Both the position numbers and the translations under genes were made by a program. Shown piece by piece: positions 12,700 to 25,980 of a stretch of DNA of 64,000 nt (position 1 is the first letter of the stretch; the number at the start of each line of letters is the position of its first letter). Below the pieces are notes generated by a model that ran no database searches, was not told where the DNA came from, and was given only the letters and a program-made list of their open reading frames with translations. The stretch is from Mobula hypostoma (Eukaryota), in contig NC_086097.1 of the NCBI RefSeq assembly GCF_963921235.1, positions 22,198,001 through 22,262,000 of the forward strand, given 5' to 3'.

Positions 12700-13133
12700 T
12701 GTCTTTACGGAAGGCATATAAGAATATCTACCTGATTTATTACTCTTTCAATCTTCTTTTTCAAAGTTTTAGATTTGATCAGAAAGTCTTCCTTTCTCTT
12801 TTTTGGGTCATATCCTCAAAATGGACTGCCCAGTCCCCTTTTTTTTGGTTTTTTTTTTGTTCCTTTTCGATAGTGTAGTGTTTTTTTTTCTTTTCATTTA
12901 AAACCCAATGTTTTTTCTTTTCTCTTCATAAACTGATATGAGGAGAATTGCCATTTTCATTTTTTTATTATATATTTTATACGTTTAACAATATCTATGA
13001 TTTTGACAATGTCTATCTTAATCTTGATTCATATTGTAACTGATATATACTGTATATTTGAGATAATTATCCTCTTGATTGTTTTTATGCTCCTTTTTAA
13101 ATCAATAAAAAGATTAATAAAGAAAGAAAGAAA
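12700..13133 (+). mobile_element. L1-type 3' UTR/tail
   Basis: T-rich UTR ending AAATCAATAAAAAGATTAATAAAGAAAGAAAGAAA. Confidence 0.55.
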
Positions 13134-13849
13134 ATCTGCCATATTAAAGAAGCAAAGGTCCAGAGAAGATGAAGAACAGGAGGAAGTGAGTGGAAAACAT
13201 ACTACTAGAGAATTTGGTGTTGATGAAAGCTGATAAATCTAACGATCTTTATCTGAGAAGTTTGAAAGAGGTGCCTTTGCAGAGAGTGAATGCTTTGTTC
13301 ATTGTAAAATTCTACCGATTCATCAGTGGTTCCTACAGATTGGAGGGTACCAAATGTGACTGTGCAGACGGAGAGGTGAAAGCGGAAAGTGGTGACCCAG
13401 TGGTCAGTGCAGTACAGAGAGGCAAAGCCAAAAGTCGAAATCTGGAGCTCGGTGAGTCCGGAGGTGGAGGACCGAGGGTTGAAGTTCGTGGGTCAGCTTG
13501 TCCAATGGCCAGAGGCCTGGATGGAAACCTGGGCCAGGGACTGGAGGTTGGAGGCCTGATATCTGTGAGTATGAGAGCCCGGGGCCAAGGACTGGAGGCC
13601 TGGAGGTGGCCTGTCATGAGTTGGAGGCCTATCTGTGTGTTTGAGTGGGAGGCGGGTGACAGGGTGGGAAAGGGCCATGGTTTGTTCTGCTGCTGCTTGT
13701 GTTGTTCTGCGAACCATTATGGGCATGATATGTTGGCGTCGGAATCAGTGGCAACATTCGCAGGCTGCTCCTAGCCTTGTGTGTGCTGGTTGTTAACGTA
13801 AAGAGTGCATTAGTAAATAAATCTGAACCTGAATATGTTAGTTCCGGAA

Positions 13850-14450
13850 GCTGGAATGAAGGATGTCATAACTGAATACCTAGAAACAAGTAGGACTGAA
13901 CAACCAGGCACCCTGGATTTATGGAAAGGAAGTCATGCTTGACTAGTCTATCAGAACTTTTTAAGGGTGTGACTGGAAGAATCGATGTGGGGATCTAGTG
14001 AGTGGACTTCATTTTAGTGCTCAGAGGCTGTCGATAACATTCTGCCACAGGAGGTTGGTCTGAAATGTTAGAGCAAAGAGAGGTTTATATGATTATGTAA
14101 GGCATTGACAGAGTAGATAGCCAATGTCTTTTTCTCAAGATTGAACTGCCTAAGACCAATGGGCACTTACTTAAGGTGAGAGGAGGAAAGTACAAAGGAG
14201 ATGTGTGAGGTGAGTTTTTCATATAGAGAGTTGTGGGGACCATGAATGCGTTGCCAGGGGTGGAGCTGTTGGCAAATAGCATAGGAATATTTAAGGGACT
14301 CTTAGAAAGGCATGTGAATATGCAGAAAAGGAGGAATATAGTCAATGTGTGGGGAAGAGGAATTAGATTAATAATGAGTCATTAATTAAATTAATTTGGC
14401 ATAACTTTGTGGTCCAAAGGGACTGCACTGTTATATGTTCTATGTTGCAT
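13850..14450 (+). mobile_element. Degenerate CR1 fragments
   Basis: GGATTTATGGAAAGGAAGTCATGCTTGACT (the GF..KSCLT region) and a 3' end with tail at about 14440. Confidence 0.65.
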
Positions 14451-14459
14451 ATTCTGTGC

Positions 14460-14700
14460 TCTAAAAACTGGGAAGACATTGCTCTCAATAGATGCACCTG
14501 GAGGAAATCTGTCCAAGAGTGAGCTTCCCACATGAGAACCACATCCACTGTGCTGCAGAGAACAGAAAGACCCAACTGCAACCCACAAACTCCACTTACT
14601 CATGCCCACACTGCCCCAGAAAATGTAGATCTCGGATCAGTCACCTGGGGACCCACCAATGGACAGCCCTTTAGGAGAACATCATACATGACCTGAGTCA
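14460..14700 (+). mobile_element. RTE-like LINE C-terminal zinc-finger remnant
   Basis: ORF 14492-14674 ends YSCPHCPRKCRSRISHLGTH, resembling the C2H2 finger at the RTE ORF end. Confidence 0.5.
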
Positions 14701-14876
14701 GTACACTATACTGCTCTCTGTACTATGTTCCATATTGTATGTTCTATGTTTGTACGGTTGTTCACCGAGCGCTAGAGGTTCAGTTGCAAATGTTTCATCA
14801 CCAATCAAGATGATATCATCAATGCACACCTGAGCGCTGTTTCGCCAAGTGCCTGTGTTTATATTGGTCCGATTGA

Positions 14877-16800
14877 CTGAAACATAGAAACATAGAAAAC
14901 GTACAGCACAATACAGGCCCTTCAGCCGACAATGCTGTGCCAAACGTGTACTTACTGTCATAGGGTGGTGGCTAGGAACTGACCCAAGTGCAAGACACAG
15001 ATACTGAAGTACTAGGGACAGGACTAGGATACAGGGCGATGGCAAGGACATGGACAGGAAAACCGGGAACCCAGAACAGGACCGGACAAAAGAGCTAGGA
15101 GCCCGGGCTTGGACTCCAAGCCAGAGACTGGACAAGGACCCAGTACCTGGGTCTTGCCTCTGGCTCGGGCCCCGGAACCAGGCAAGGACGAGGCTTGGCT
15201 GGCAGGCAGGACAAGGCTGGAGTCTTAGACACTGGAGGCGAGGCTCGGCAGGAGGCAGGAGGCTAGAGTCTTTAGTCTTGAGGCAAGGCAGGAGGCTGCA
15301 GTCTTCAGGCTTGAGGCAAGGCAGGAGGCTGGAGTCTTCAGGCTTGAGGCTAGGCAGGCTCCTCCGGGGCAGGGCATGGTTCACTTGGGCAGGGCGCGGA
15401 TCACCTGGGCAGGGCGCAGATCACCACCCGACAGAGGCATGGGACAGGAAGGGACAGAACCAACCATAGGTAATGGCAAGACGACCTGGCTTACCCGACG
15501 GAGGCAAGGGACAGGAAGGGACAGAACCAACCATAGGTAATGGCAAGACGACCTGGCTTACCCGACGGAGGCAAGGGACAGGAAGGGACAGAACCAACCA
15601 CAGGTAACGGCAAGACGGCCTGGCTTACCTGGGCGGAGGCAAGGGACAGGAAGGGAGCTAGATACAGGGTGGCTCCAGGACAAGTCTGCAGGTGAGGTGA
15701 GGCGAGATTTACCAGCAAAACAAGGTAAGGCTTCAGGCAATGCAAGGTGAGATGAGAACTTCAGGGGAGGCGAGAGTTACCTGCAAGACAAGGCAGGGCT
15801 TCAGACAAGGAAACAGAAGGCAGAGCAAGGGATACAAGGAGTAAGGACAAGAACAATCCAGCAACCAGCCCTGGTCTCTGGAGGTATTTATGCAGCCAGC
15901 CCCAATGAGCATCAGCTGCCTCAATTAGAGCTAAACAAGAACAGAAACAGGGTAAACAGGAAAACCTGGAGCAAGGGTCAATGGACCGGACCGTGAACCG
16001 AAATATGGACTTCACAGACCGGACCATGACACTTACTTTAGAAATTACCTCGGGTTACCCATAGCCCTCTATTTTTCTAAGCTCCATGTACCTATCCAGG
16101 ACTCTCTTAAAAGACCCTATCATATCCGCCTCCACCACCGTCACTGGCAGCCCATTCCAAGCACTCACCACTCTCTGCATAAAAAACTTACCCCTGACAT
16201 CCCCGCTATAACCTACTTACAAGCACCTTAAAACTGTGCCTTCTTGTGGCAACTATTCCACGCACTCACCACTCTCTATGTAAAAAACTTACCCCCGACA
16301 TCCCCTCTATACCTGCTTCCAAGCACTTTAAAACTGTGCCCTCTCATGTTAGCCGTTTCAGCCCTGGGAAAAAGCCTCTGACTATCCACACGATCAATGT
16401 CTCTCATCATCTTATACACCTCTATCCGGTCACCTCTCATCCTCCATCACTCCAAGGAGAAAATACCAAATTCACTCAATCTATTCTCATAAGGCATGCT
16501 CCCCAATCCAGGCAACATCATTGTAAATCTCCTCTGCACCCTTTCTATGGTTTCCACATCCTTCCTGTGGTGAGGTGACCAGAACTGAGCACAGAACTCC
16601 AAGTGGGGTCTGAGCAGGGTCCTATATAGCTGCAACATTACCTCTCGGCTTTTGAACTCAATCCCATGGTTGATGAAGGCGAATACACTGTATGCCTTCT
16701 TAACCACCCAGTCAACCTGTGCAGCAGCTTTGAGTGTCCTATGGACTCAGACCCCAAGATCCCTCTGATCCTTCACCCTGCCAAGAGTTCTACCATCAAT
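14877..16800 (-). mobile_element. CR1/HER1-like 3' part, interrupted by a solo LTR and with an internal duplication
   Basis: (AAACATAG)n tail at 14880; ORF 16447-16707 (VKKAYSV..RPHLEFCAQFWSP..ERVQRRFT); about 100-bp tandem duplication within 16145-16350. Confidence 0.85.
14956..16031 (-). mobile_element. Solo LTR (Gypsy-like), 1076 bp
   Basis: TGTCAT...ATGACA ends; TSD CTTAC at 14951-14955 and 16032-16036; - strand GCATAAATA TATA-like box near 15890; internal 67-bp repeats starting at 15426, 15493, 15560 and 15627. Confidence 0.85.
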
Positions 16801-17574
16801 TCTACACTCTTTTGTTGGATGTCGTACTGGCCATTAGTTTCTGCTGGGTCCCAGTCAACTGAATATCGAATCTTGCATTCTTCTTCTCTTTCACTTCTAT
16901 GTTCTATGTTCCAATTTGTGTGTTTTATGTTCTATGATAGGTTCTATGAAGATGATTATCAGACAGACAGTGGAAATAAATAAGTCATTCTCTGGTTACC
17001 AGGCTGTGGGTCAGTTTATGGTGCCTGACCCCACCTCTGGATGTCTCCAGATGTGCAGACTCAGTCCTTGGGTTCATTCAGAGGAGGAAATGAAGCTGGA
17101 GCTGAGGTAGGAGGTCAGCCGAATGGTGGAGCGGCCTCAAAAAAGGCAGATGGCCTCCTCCTAATCTTATGTTCTTATCTTCTTATGCTTCTGTTTTCTC
17201 CCAGCATCGGCTGAGCAAGCTTTGAGCAGAAATTGCTCTGCAAATATCTCCTGTAATTCTGAATGTCAGTACATGCAACAGAATTATCTGCACAAATATT
17301 TATCTAATCCATTAACTCTCCAAAGGCTAATCTCTCTTACAACAAAATATTCCAGCAGTTCTCTTTAATAACAGAATGGGTATTAGTGAAGAGAAACATT
17401 TTGGGAAGGGTAGGGGTAGGGGAAGAACTCGTGTGTTCTGTTCTATTCATAATAGTGCTTTCTCTGCAGTGTTCTCATCAGGTTACTGTTGAGTGAAATG
17501 GGGTGGAGGGACAAACGTCTACTCACTTTTGTTAAACAATCACACATTTCCCATGGGGAGTGTGTAAATCAGTC

Positions 17575-17905
17575 AATGTGCATGCATACAGTATTTGTGT
17601 GTGAACGTGTGAGTGTGTGTGTTCGTGTGAAAGAATGTGTGTGATTGAGAACATGCGTGCATGCGTACTCACATACTTCAATGCTCACATACTCTAATGT
17701 ACATGAGGTGAATGTCTGAGATGTGTGTTTGGTGTTCACATGTCTCTGTGCATGTGCTAACATGGGTGTGTATGTGCACTTGCGTATCTGCATGTCCGTG
17801 TGTATGTACATGTATGTATGTATGTGAGAGTGTGCACATGCCTGTGTGTATATGTGTGCTTTTAGGACTTTATGCATCTGCCTGTGTGTGTGTGTGCATT
17901 TGTGT
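17575..17905. repeat. Degenerate (TG/CA)n low-complexity tract
   Basis: Alternating purine-pyrimidine GTGT/ATGT/GCAT runs. Confidence 0.9.
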
Positions 17906-18404
17906 CTCTCTTCCTCTTCTTAACACATGCATTGAATGCTGTATCTAAAGCCCACCAATACAAATTTCAAAGGTGCATTGAACTCATAAGTTACAGCATT
18001 TGAAAATGGGCAATGGCCATTCAGCTCCACTAACTGCTCCATCACCCAATAAAATCATAATTTGAGCTTTGTTCTATGCTCCATAGTCTTACCTGATCAC
18101 TCAATACCTCCATTCCCATAAAGATAGAAAACAATGTCTATCTTAATATCTCCCTCTCATCAGCTCTCCAGGCTAGAGAATTCCAAACATTTACAGCCGC
18201 TGAGAGAAGGGACTCGTCCTCATGACAGTCTTAAGTGGTGGGCTCACTCTGCTGAAGGTTTGTCCCCAGTTCGAGATCCCTCACAAAGACAAACAGACAT
18301 CCTTTTCTACTTCAACAAGATCACCTCCCAAACTTCCAAACTGCACAAAACGCAGACCCCACTTTTTCATCCGTTTCCCCAGAGAACAATTCCTCATTTC
18401 AGGA

Positions 18405-19820
18405 ATCAACCAACAGGCAGAAGCTACAGGAAGTTGTAAAATTATCCAGCTCCATCATGGGTACTAACCTCAACAGTATCCAAACCATCTTCAAGGAGTG
18501 GTGAATCACAAAGGCAGTGTCCATTATTAAGAACCCCATCACCCAGGGCATGCCCTGTTCTCATTGTTACCATCACAAGGGAGGTACAGAGACCTGAAGG
18601 CTCACACTCAGCAACTCAGGAACAGCTTCTTCCCCCTCTGCCATCTGATTTCTAAATGGATATTGAATTGAATTGAATTTTAAATTGAATTGACTTTATT
18701 ACTTAAATCCTTCATATACTGCACATGAGGAGTAAAAATCTTTACGTTATGTCTCTGTTCAAATGTGCAAGGTGTAAATATAGTAATTTATAATAAATAT
18801 TATGTACAACAGGATAGTCAATATAGCAGAAATACAGTTGCGACAGTATGAATTAAGCAGACTGACGGCCTGGTGGAAGAAGCTGTCCTGGAGCCCGTTA
18901 GTCCTGGCTTTTATGCTGTGGTACTGGTTCCCGGATGGTAGCAGCTGGAACAGTTTGTGGTTGGGGTGACTCCGGTCTCCAATGATCCTTCAGGCCCTTT
19001 TTACACACCTGTCTTTGTAAATGTCCTGAATAGTGGGAAGTTCACAACTACAGATGTGCTGGGCTGTCTGCACCACTCTCTGCAGAGTCTTGCGATTAAG
19101 GGAAGTACAGTTCCCATACCAGGCAGTGATGCAGCCAGTCAGGATGCTCTCAATTGTTCCCCTGTAGAAAGCTCTTAGGATTTGGGGGCACATACCAAAC
19201 TTCCTCAACCATCTGAAGTGAAAGAGGAGCTGGTATGTACAGACCATGTGAGATCCTCGGTGATGTGTATGCCGAGGAACTTAAAGCTGTTCACCCTCTC
19301 AATCCCAGATCCATTGATGTCAATAGGGGTTAGACTGTCTCCATTCCTCCTGTAATCCACAACCAGCTCCTTTGTTTTTACGACATTGAAGGAGAGGTTG
19401 TTTTCTTGACGCCACTGTGTCAGGGTGATGACTTCTTCTCTGTAGGCTGCCTCATTATTATCTGAGATTAGGTCAATCAGAGTAGTGTCATCAGCAAATT
19501 TAATTAGCAGATTGGAGCTGTGGGTGGCGACACAGTCATGGGTATACAGAGAGTAAAGGAGGGGCTTAGAACATTGCCCTGAGGGGCACCTGTGTTGAGG
19601 ATCAGAGGCCATGAACCCATGAACATTACCACATTTATCTATTTCTGCTTTTTGCACTACAGTTCTTAATTTAACTATTTAAAATACATATATATATACT
19701 TACTGTAGTTCACTTATTATTTTTTCTATATTTCATCATGTATTGCATTGTAATGCTGGCGTGAAGTTAACAAATTTCACAACATATGCCAGTAACATTA
19801 ACCTGAGTCTGATTCTGATA
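18405..19820. mobile_element. Nested Rex1/Babar LINEs (- copy 18665-19612 inside a + copy)
   Basis: ORF 19205-19657 (LLYSLYTHDC..LIKFADDTT..KTKELVVDYR..FKFLG) and 18990-19247 (FYRGTIESILTGCITAWYGNC). The host 3' end GAACCCATGAAC resumes at about 19613. Confidence 0.88.
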
Positions 19821-20079
19821 TTTACGATAGCATGAAAGTGCCATCACAAAGAAGGCATGACAGTGCCTCTACTAATGCAGAAGTTTACACAGATTCCAGT
19901 TGCGAAGTTTCCACAGAAACCTGATTCTAATTCAGAACCTCCCCTACAATATCTCCAAGGCAATTATGTCTTTTCCTTTTTCTTATACAGTCCTCCAGCT
20001 GTGAGCTTAGTGAAGTCATTTACAGTTGTAGCAAGATTTGCTTAAACTTGTATTCCATCCCCCTTCAATAGGTTCACCA

Positions 20080-20570
20080 GGTACATTCAATGTCAGAGAA
20101 ATGTATACAATATACATCCTGAAATTCTTTTTCTTCGCAAACATCCACGAAAACAGAGGATTGCCCCAAAGAATGAATGACAGTTGAAGGTTAGAACATC
20201 AAAGCCCCCGCCAACTCCCCCCTCCCACACACAAGCAGCAGCAAGGCAATGACACCCCCCCGGCAAAAAAAGCATCAGCGCCCCCCCCCCACCAAGGGCT
20301 CAAGCATGCAGCAAAGCATCAGTAAAGACACAGAGTTGCAGTATCTCAATGACTGCTTGATCACCCAGTAATTTGACATATCATAGGCTCTCTCTCTCCC
20401 TAATAAAGGAAAAAGAGGTGTCCCCATTCCACAGCGAGAGGGGAGACATAACAGACAACTCGCTGATTTATGATATAAAAGTCTGTTGCGTCACTTTTTC
20501 TGAGCTCTGCACCCAGAAAGTCTGCCCCCGAAAGGCTCAGGTCTCTGGACACACAGCCCACAGCAGACTG
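20080..20570 (-). mobile_element. Inverted copy of the non-autonomous repeat at 5966-6752
   Basis: CTCTCTCTCCCTAATAAAGGAAAAAGAGGTGTCCC is the near reverse complement of 6398-6433. Confidence 0.7.
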
Positions 20571-20621
20571 AATCTCTTCTCTTGCACATTGGTTGTTTGT
20601 CATTCAGTCTTTCTGTGTAAT

Positions 20622-21546
20622 TGTTGTAATCGGGCATTGGGGAGCAGACCCAAGAGCAGAACACAGAGCGGGTTAGGATTCTTACGCGGACTTGAACGTT
20701 CACTGGGACTCGGAGCCTGGACTTGGACTTGACTTGGACTCGGGGCCTGGACTTGGACTTGACTTGGACTCGGGGCCTGGACTTGGACTTGACTTGGACT
20801 CAGGGCCTGGACTTGGACTTGACTGGAACACAGAGCGACAAAACCAAACAAAGACAGACAATTCGTATCGCGGCTCGGAGCAGTGGCAAACAACCTGCAA
20901 TACTCAGCCGGGCGCAAGATGACAAAAACGAACAACAACAGACAATTAGTATCGTGGCTCAGAGCAGCGGCAAATGGTCAGTAATACTCAGCCAGGCACT
21001 AGACGACAAAAACGAACAATAACAGACAATACATATCTTGACATGGAGAAGCACATGAAGATGGAGAAGATGTAACACTGAGCGTCATAGGAAGTCATTC
21101 CTGCCTGTGGCCATCAAACTTTACAACTCCTCCCTTGAAGGGTCAGACACCCTGAGCCAATAGGCTGGTCCTGGACTTATTTCATAATTTACTGGCATAA
21201 TTTACATATTACTATTTAATTATTTATATTGCTATATTTATACTCTATTCTTGGTTGGGGCAACTGTAATGAAAATCAATTTCCTTTGGGATCAGTAAAG
21301 TATGACTATGACTATGAAGACAGTCCCTTATTCTTGGCGACTCGGAAGACGGTCCCCTTATTCTTGCCGGCTCGGAACGAGCATAGCCGTACTGCTGAGG
21401 TGACGAACCAGCAGCGAGTAGATGTAAGTCAGAGTTTTTATGCTGCCGGTTTGAATGAGGATCAGATGCCCTAATCAGGGAGCCCAGTGGAACATGGGAA
21501 AAAGGAAATTAACTGAAATGTGGAGTCAACAGACCGGACCGTGACA
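20622..21546 (-). mobile_element. Solo LTR (Gypsy-like) with a nested Rex1 tail
   Basis: TGTTG...GTGACA ends; TSD GTAAT/GTAGT (one mismatch); end CCGGACCGTGACA matches the 16031 end; four 30-bp repeats at 20706-20825; Rex1 3' tail (TATGAC)n at about 21080-21316. Confidence 0.75.
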
Positions 21547-22504
21547 GTAGTTTTTCATCGATTCTATTGTATTTCTTTGTTCCACTGTGAAAGCCTGCAG
21601 GACAATGAATCTCAGGGTAGTACATGGCGACATACTATACACGTACTTTGACTTTGAACTTTGATAATACTCTGCACTAATCTGATTCCCCATCACCATT
21701 TCTCTTGACCTGCCTTACAGCCGGAGAGGATCACCTCTCAGTCTTTCAAGCTATGTCCTAGCCTGTCCGTCCCTCCCTATAATTTAGTCCCCCGATTCCT
21801 AGCAAATCTTTCACTCTTTTTTTATTGCACTCTTTTCAGTTTAATAACATCCTTCTTTGTGCAGGGTGACCAAAATTGAACTGGCTTCATCACTCACTGG
21901 CTACAGCATCCCACTTCTATATTCAGCGCGCTGACTGATGAATAGTTCTTCACCACCCTGTCTACCTGTGACTTCAGGCAACCATGTACCTGAACACTAA
22001 GGTTCCTTTGTTCTACAACTCTCCCCACCACCGTTCACTGTGAAAGTCCCACCTTGAACTGATTGTCCACAATGCAACACTTCACACTTATCTGAATTAA
22101 ACTCGCTTTGCCATTCCTGGCCCACTCACCCAGCTGATCAAGATACCTCACACTTTGGGTGATCTTGATGACAGATTCCCTTTCCTGAAGGATATTCATG
22201 AAACAGGTGGATGGATCTGGACCAAAATCCAATAATTTCTCGGCCACCTTTCCTACATGGACGGGAGGGGTATGAAGGGCTATGGTCCAGGTCTTCTTGC
22301 GGCTGACATTGAGCGGAAGGTGTAGGAGTCTTGAGCCCCATACAAACATTTTCAGGTGTAGTTGTTATCCTACAGCCATAGTGCTCCTAGACCAGCTTCA
22401 CTCACCTCAACGCTGAACTGACTCCGCAGCTGACAGACTCACTTTTGGGGGCTTTGCAGCTCATGTTCTCAGTATTACTTGTTTACTTTTTATTATTTCA
22501 TTCC

Positions 22505-22925
22505 AAGAGGACCACAACCTTGCTGTGGTTTGGAGGCTTGCGTGCCTCAATGACCCGTAGAGCTATGTTGGTTGGAATCAGAGCTTTGAGCATTGGCTCT
22601 TGGTACGGTCACCCATGCCAAACAGGTCAAAGGGTAGAGGCCAGACTAAGAGTGATCCACCAGTCCTCCAGGTTCAGGAGATCAGCTCAGGGCTGTCAAC
22701 CCTGACGGGCAAAACAAAATTGTTATGGAAGCAGCAATGAAAATTCCTTCTACACCTGAGTGCGATGGTATCCCTGAGTCTTCACCAGGGACTTGCATGA
22801 CTGACAGTAGTGACAGCCAAGAGGAAACTACTGACATGATGGAAGAAGGCCTGAACACTGCTAGAGATGGAGTACCTTTATTGCTGACCTAAATGCCAAT
22901 GGTATAACAGACAGTAAGTAAGTTT
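22505..22925 (+). mobile_element. RTE/Expander-derived non-autonomous element
   Basis: RTE 5' UTR-like text (CCTCAATGACCC..AGCTATG..GGTCACCCATGCCAAACAGGTCAAAGGGTAGAGGCCAGAC) and an (AAGT)n tail. Confidence 0.5.
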
Positions 22926-23417
22926 TGCAAGACCTGTCGTCTTTTGCACATCGAATGTTTGTCGGTCTTTGCTCTTTTGTGGATTCTATTGTATTTCTTT
23001 TTCCTTCCTATGGGTGCCTGCAGGAAAATGACTCTCAGGGTTGTGTATGGTACACATACTTCGATAATAAATTTACTTTGAACTTTGGACAGGGCGCAGT
23101 ATGGACTAGTTGGGCTGACGAGCCTGATTTATGCTGTCACGCTCCATGACTCTGTGTTTTCTGAATTTTAACTTTTTCATTTGTGAGTACGTGAAATGAA
23201 ATTCCCAAATGACTGAGTGACATCAATAATCCTGGGCTGAGTCACTCAGCCATTGACTGATCCGTTGTGCTGTTATGCCACCAAGTACTGAGATGTAATA
23301 TCCAAAAAGCCCAACTTTAAAAATATATTTAGTTTGGAATAGATAGTGTTTTCATGGTTGTAATTTCATTGGCCACCTATCTGAATGAATTGTTTTATTT
23401 TTAAATTTTTTATTTGG

Positions 23418-23640
23418 AGATGCAGCATAGCAACAGGCCCTTCTGACCTTCAAGCCTATGCTGCCCAATTTCACCAATGTAACCTACTAAACTTTGGAAT
23501 GTGGGAGGAAACTGGAGCACCCTGAGGAAACCCACGCAGTCACAGGGAGAACATACAAACTCCTTTCAAAACATGTAAATGAACCCAGGTGCTGGTGCTG
23601 TAATAGCATTACGTTAACTCCTATGATAGTATGCCACCTC
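23418..23640 (-). mobile_element. HE1/V-SINE-like tRNA SINE
   Basis: TGTGGGAGGAAACTGGAGCACCCTGAGGAAACCCAC core. Further copies near 26475-26755, 30245-30470, 33255-33405, 43615-43890, 44430-44700, 45060-45330 and 60290-60540. Confidence 0.75.
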
Positions 23641-24596
23641 CCCAAAATATGAAAATGCCAAAAATGACATTAGAAACTATGGTGGCGTCATTTGCTTCTT
23701 CAAGAATCATCAATATGTCACAGTGGAGAGGCCTTTGAGTTCCTGAGATCCTGACAGCAATGCTGTTTGGAGTTTAGCCATCTTCATGTACGGTCATCTG
23801 TGGTGGTGAGGTTGAGGTGAAGGTTCCATTCAAGAGCAATCCAACAGAGACCTCAATGGTGGAGCTCGTAGAAGATGATGACACATCCCTATGACAGTGA
23901 AGGCGGAGGAAGCCTGCTGCAGTGAAGAAGGCTCCCCAGTTCTCTTGCAATCCATGTCACTAGATTTTGACCCCGATCTGTCTAGGACTGGATCTGTCAA
24001 GGTGGCTGCTTGTACATCAGTCTCCTCAAATTAAACAAAGTCATGCACTGGTATTCTCCAATAAGGGAATCCACCCTAATATTCCGAATATGTGGATTCC
24101 GGATTGGCCTCTGAGGACCTACCAATAGACGACCCCTTAGGGGAACATCCTGGATTAGTACTAGAGTCATTTACGTTCCGTACTATAGAGTAAAGGTAGG
24201 ACCTGCGCATTTCCTATTGCGACCTGCCTCCACTTGAGTGCAGCTTCTGACAAATAGCCATGCAACAGTCTGTGAAGGGTGCCACCTCTAAAATAGATTG
24301 CCGTGATAGACAGATGACAGCAGCACACACACTGTGGCTGCCAGGGGAGAGGCAGAAATCTACCAGGTGCATTCACACAGAACCAAAGAGGTATCAGTAA
24401 GAAGTGAGGTACTTCATACGGGGGTGGGGAGGTTGTGATGTATAAAGTATGTTGCAAGAAGAGACTGAGGGATGATCTTTAAGAAGTGTAATCTTTTTCC
24501 CAGGCTTGGAGAATTAACAACCAGAGGGCGTGGGTTTAAGATGAGAGGAGAGAGATTTAGGATATAGAGCATCACAACACAGCACAGGCCCTTCAT

Positions 24597-24980
24597 GGGT
24601 GGTGGGGTGGGGATACGTCTACTAAAGGAGGTGTAAGGTGCTTCTTTACTCTGCTAGCCTGCAGGCCATCCTTGGACGAAGTGTAGCACCTGCTTAGCCG
24701 CCTCCGATCAGGGTCATGTGAAGTCACGGGAACAGGTGGTGGGTGGTTGTATGAGCAGCTGGTGCATATCACAAGTCCTGGTTATGTGACCATTGACACC
24801 AAGCGGACTATCTCTGAAGAGTATTGATAATGGCTGGGGTCTCCTGTCATCTGAAAACACTGCCCAGAAGAAGGCAATGGCAAACCACTTACATCGAAAA
24901 ATTTGCCAAGAACAATCATTGTCATGGAAAGACCATGATCACCTACATCATAGGACACAGCACATAATGATGATGATGAC
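24597..24980 (+). mobile_element. RTE-tailed non-autonomous element
   Basis: GAAGAAGGCAATGGCAAACCACT motif and (ATG)n tail; second copy at about 49405-50275, split by a solo LTR. Confidence 0.7.
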
Positions 24981-25599
24981 AAGCCCTTCAGCCCACAATG
25001 CTGTGCCAAAACTTAGCCTGCTCTAAGATCAATTTAACCCTTCCCTTCAACATAGCCCTCCATTTTCCTATCATCCATGTGCCCATCTGAAAATCTCATT
25101 AAATGTTCCCAATATATCTGCCTCTACAAACACCCCTGGCAGCATGCTTCATGCCACACTCTGTGTAAAAAAGTATATCTGTCACCCCTCCACCCCTATA
25201 CTTCCCTGCAAGCACTTTTAAGTTTTGCCCCTCACATTAGCCACTTCCACGCTGGGAAAAGCTCTCTAGCTGTCCACATTATCTATGCCCATTTAGTAAG
25301 AACCCGAGGGGCAACTTTTGAACTCAAAGTATTGTCTGTGATATGGAATGAGCGACTAGATGAAGCAGTTGAGGCTGGTGCAATAACAACATTTAAAAGA
25401 TAGTAGGACAGGTCAATGGATAGGAAATGGTTGGAGTAATATGGGCCAAGTGGAGTCAAATGGGACACCTTGGTGATCACCTTGGTTGGCATCAATACGT
25501 TTGGTCGAAGAGCCTGTTTTCATGCTGTTCAACTCTGTCACTGGGTGAAATCTTCTGTTGCTGGGAATCCTCAGTCACTCAACCAATGCAAAGATAATT

Positions 25600-25980
25600 G
25601 AAGACACAAGAGACCACAGAATCTGGAATCCAGACAACACGCTGGAGGGGCTCAGCAGGTCAAGCAACATCTGTTAGGGTGGAATGGAATCATCAATATT
25701 ATGGATCGAAACCCTGCATCTGGACAGAAAGTAGAGGAAGGGGATAGCCAGTGTATAGAGGAGAAGGAGGAGTGGTGGGACACCAAGGTGATTGGTGGAC
25801 CAAGGGATGGTGAAGGAAGACAGGCAAATGCAACGGGATAGGTGAGGGGAATGGCGGAGGTAGGAGACAGAGACAGGTGGATGATGGCTGGAGGGAGAGA
25901 GAGAAAGGGAAATGCAGATGTAACGTAGTGGGAGGAAGGGGCTGGTGAGGGTGGAGACAGCTGCGGGAGAGTGATAAACA
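25600..25980 (-). mobile_element. Degenerate PLE 3' UTR/tail with decayed hammerhead
   Basis: Same tail organisation as 35485-35940; - strand CAGATGCAGGGTTTCGATCCATAATATT. Confidence 0.55.

Noticed and set aside
13190..13774. 194-aa ORF
   Set aside because: It spans a CR1 remnant and a GGAGGCCTG-rich repeat related to 3480-3880; no splice or domain support.
14698..15469. 228-aa and 139-aa ORFs
   Set aside because: They cross LTR repeats and a CR1 tail; no coherent protein.
15426..15655. Regularly spaced repeats resembling a CRISPR array (also 20706-20825 and 47905-48200)
   Set aside because: Head-to-tail tandem units with no unique spacers, no cas genes, and located inside eukaryotic LTRs.
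17569..17948. His/Thr- and Cys/Val-rich ORFs
   Set aside because: Translation of a (CA/TG)n low-complexity tract.
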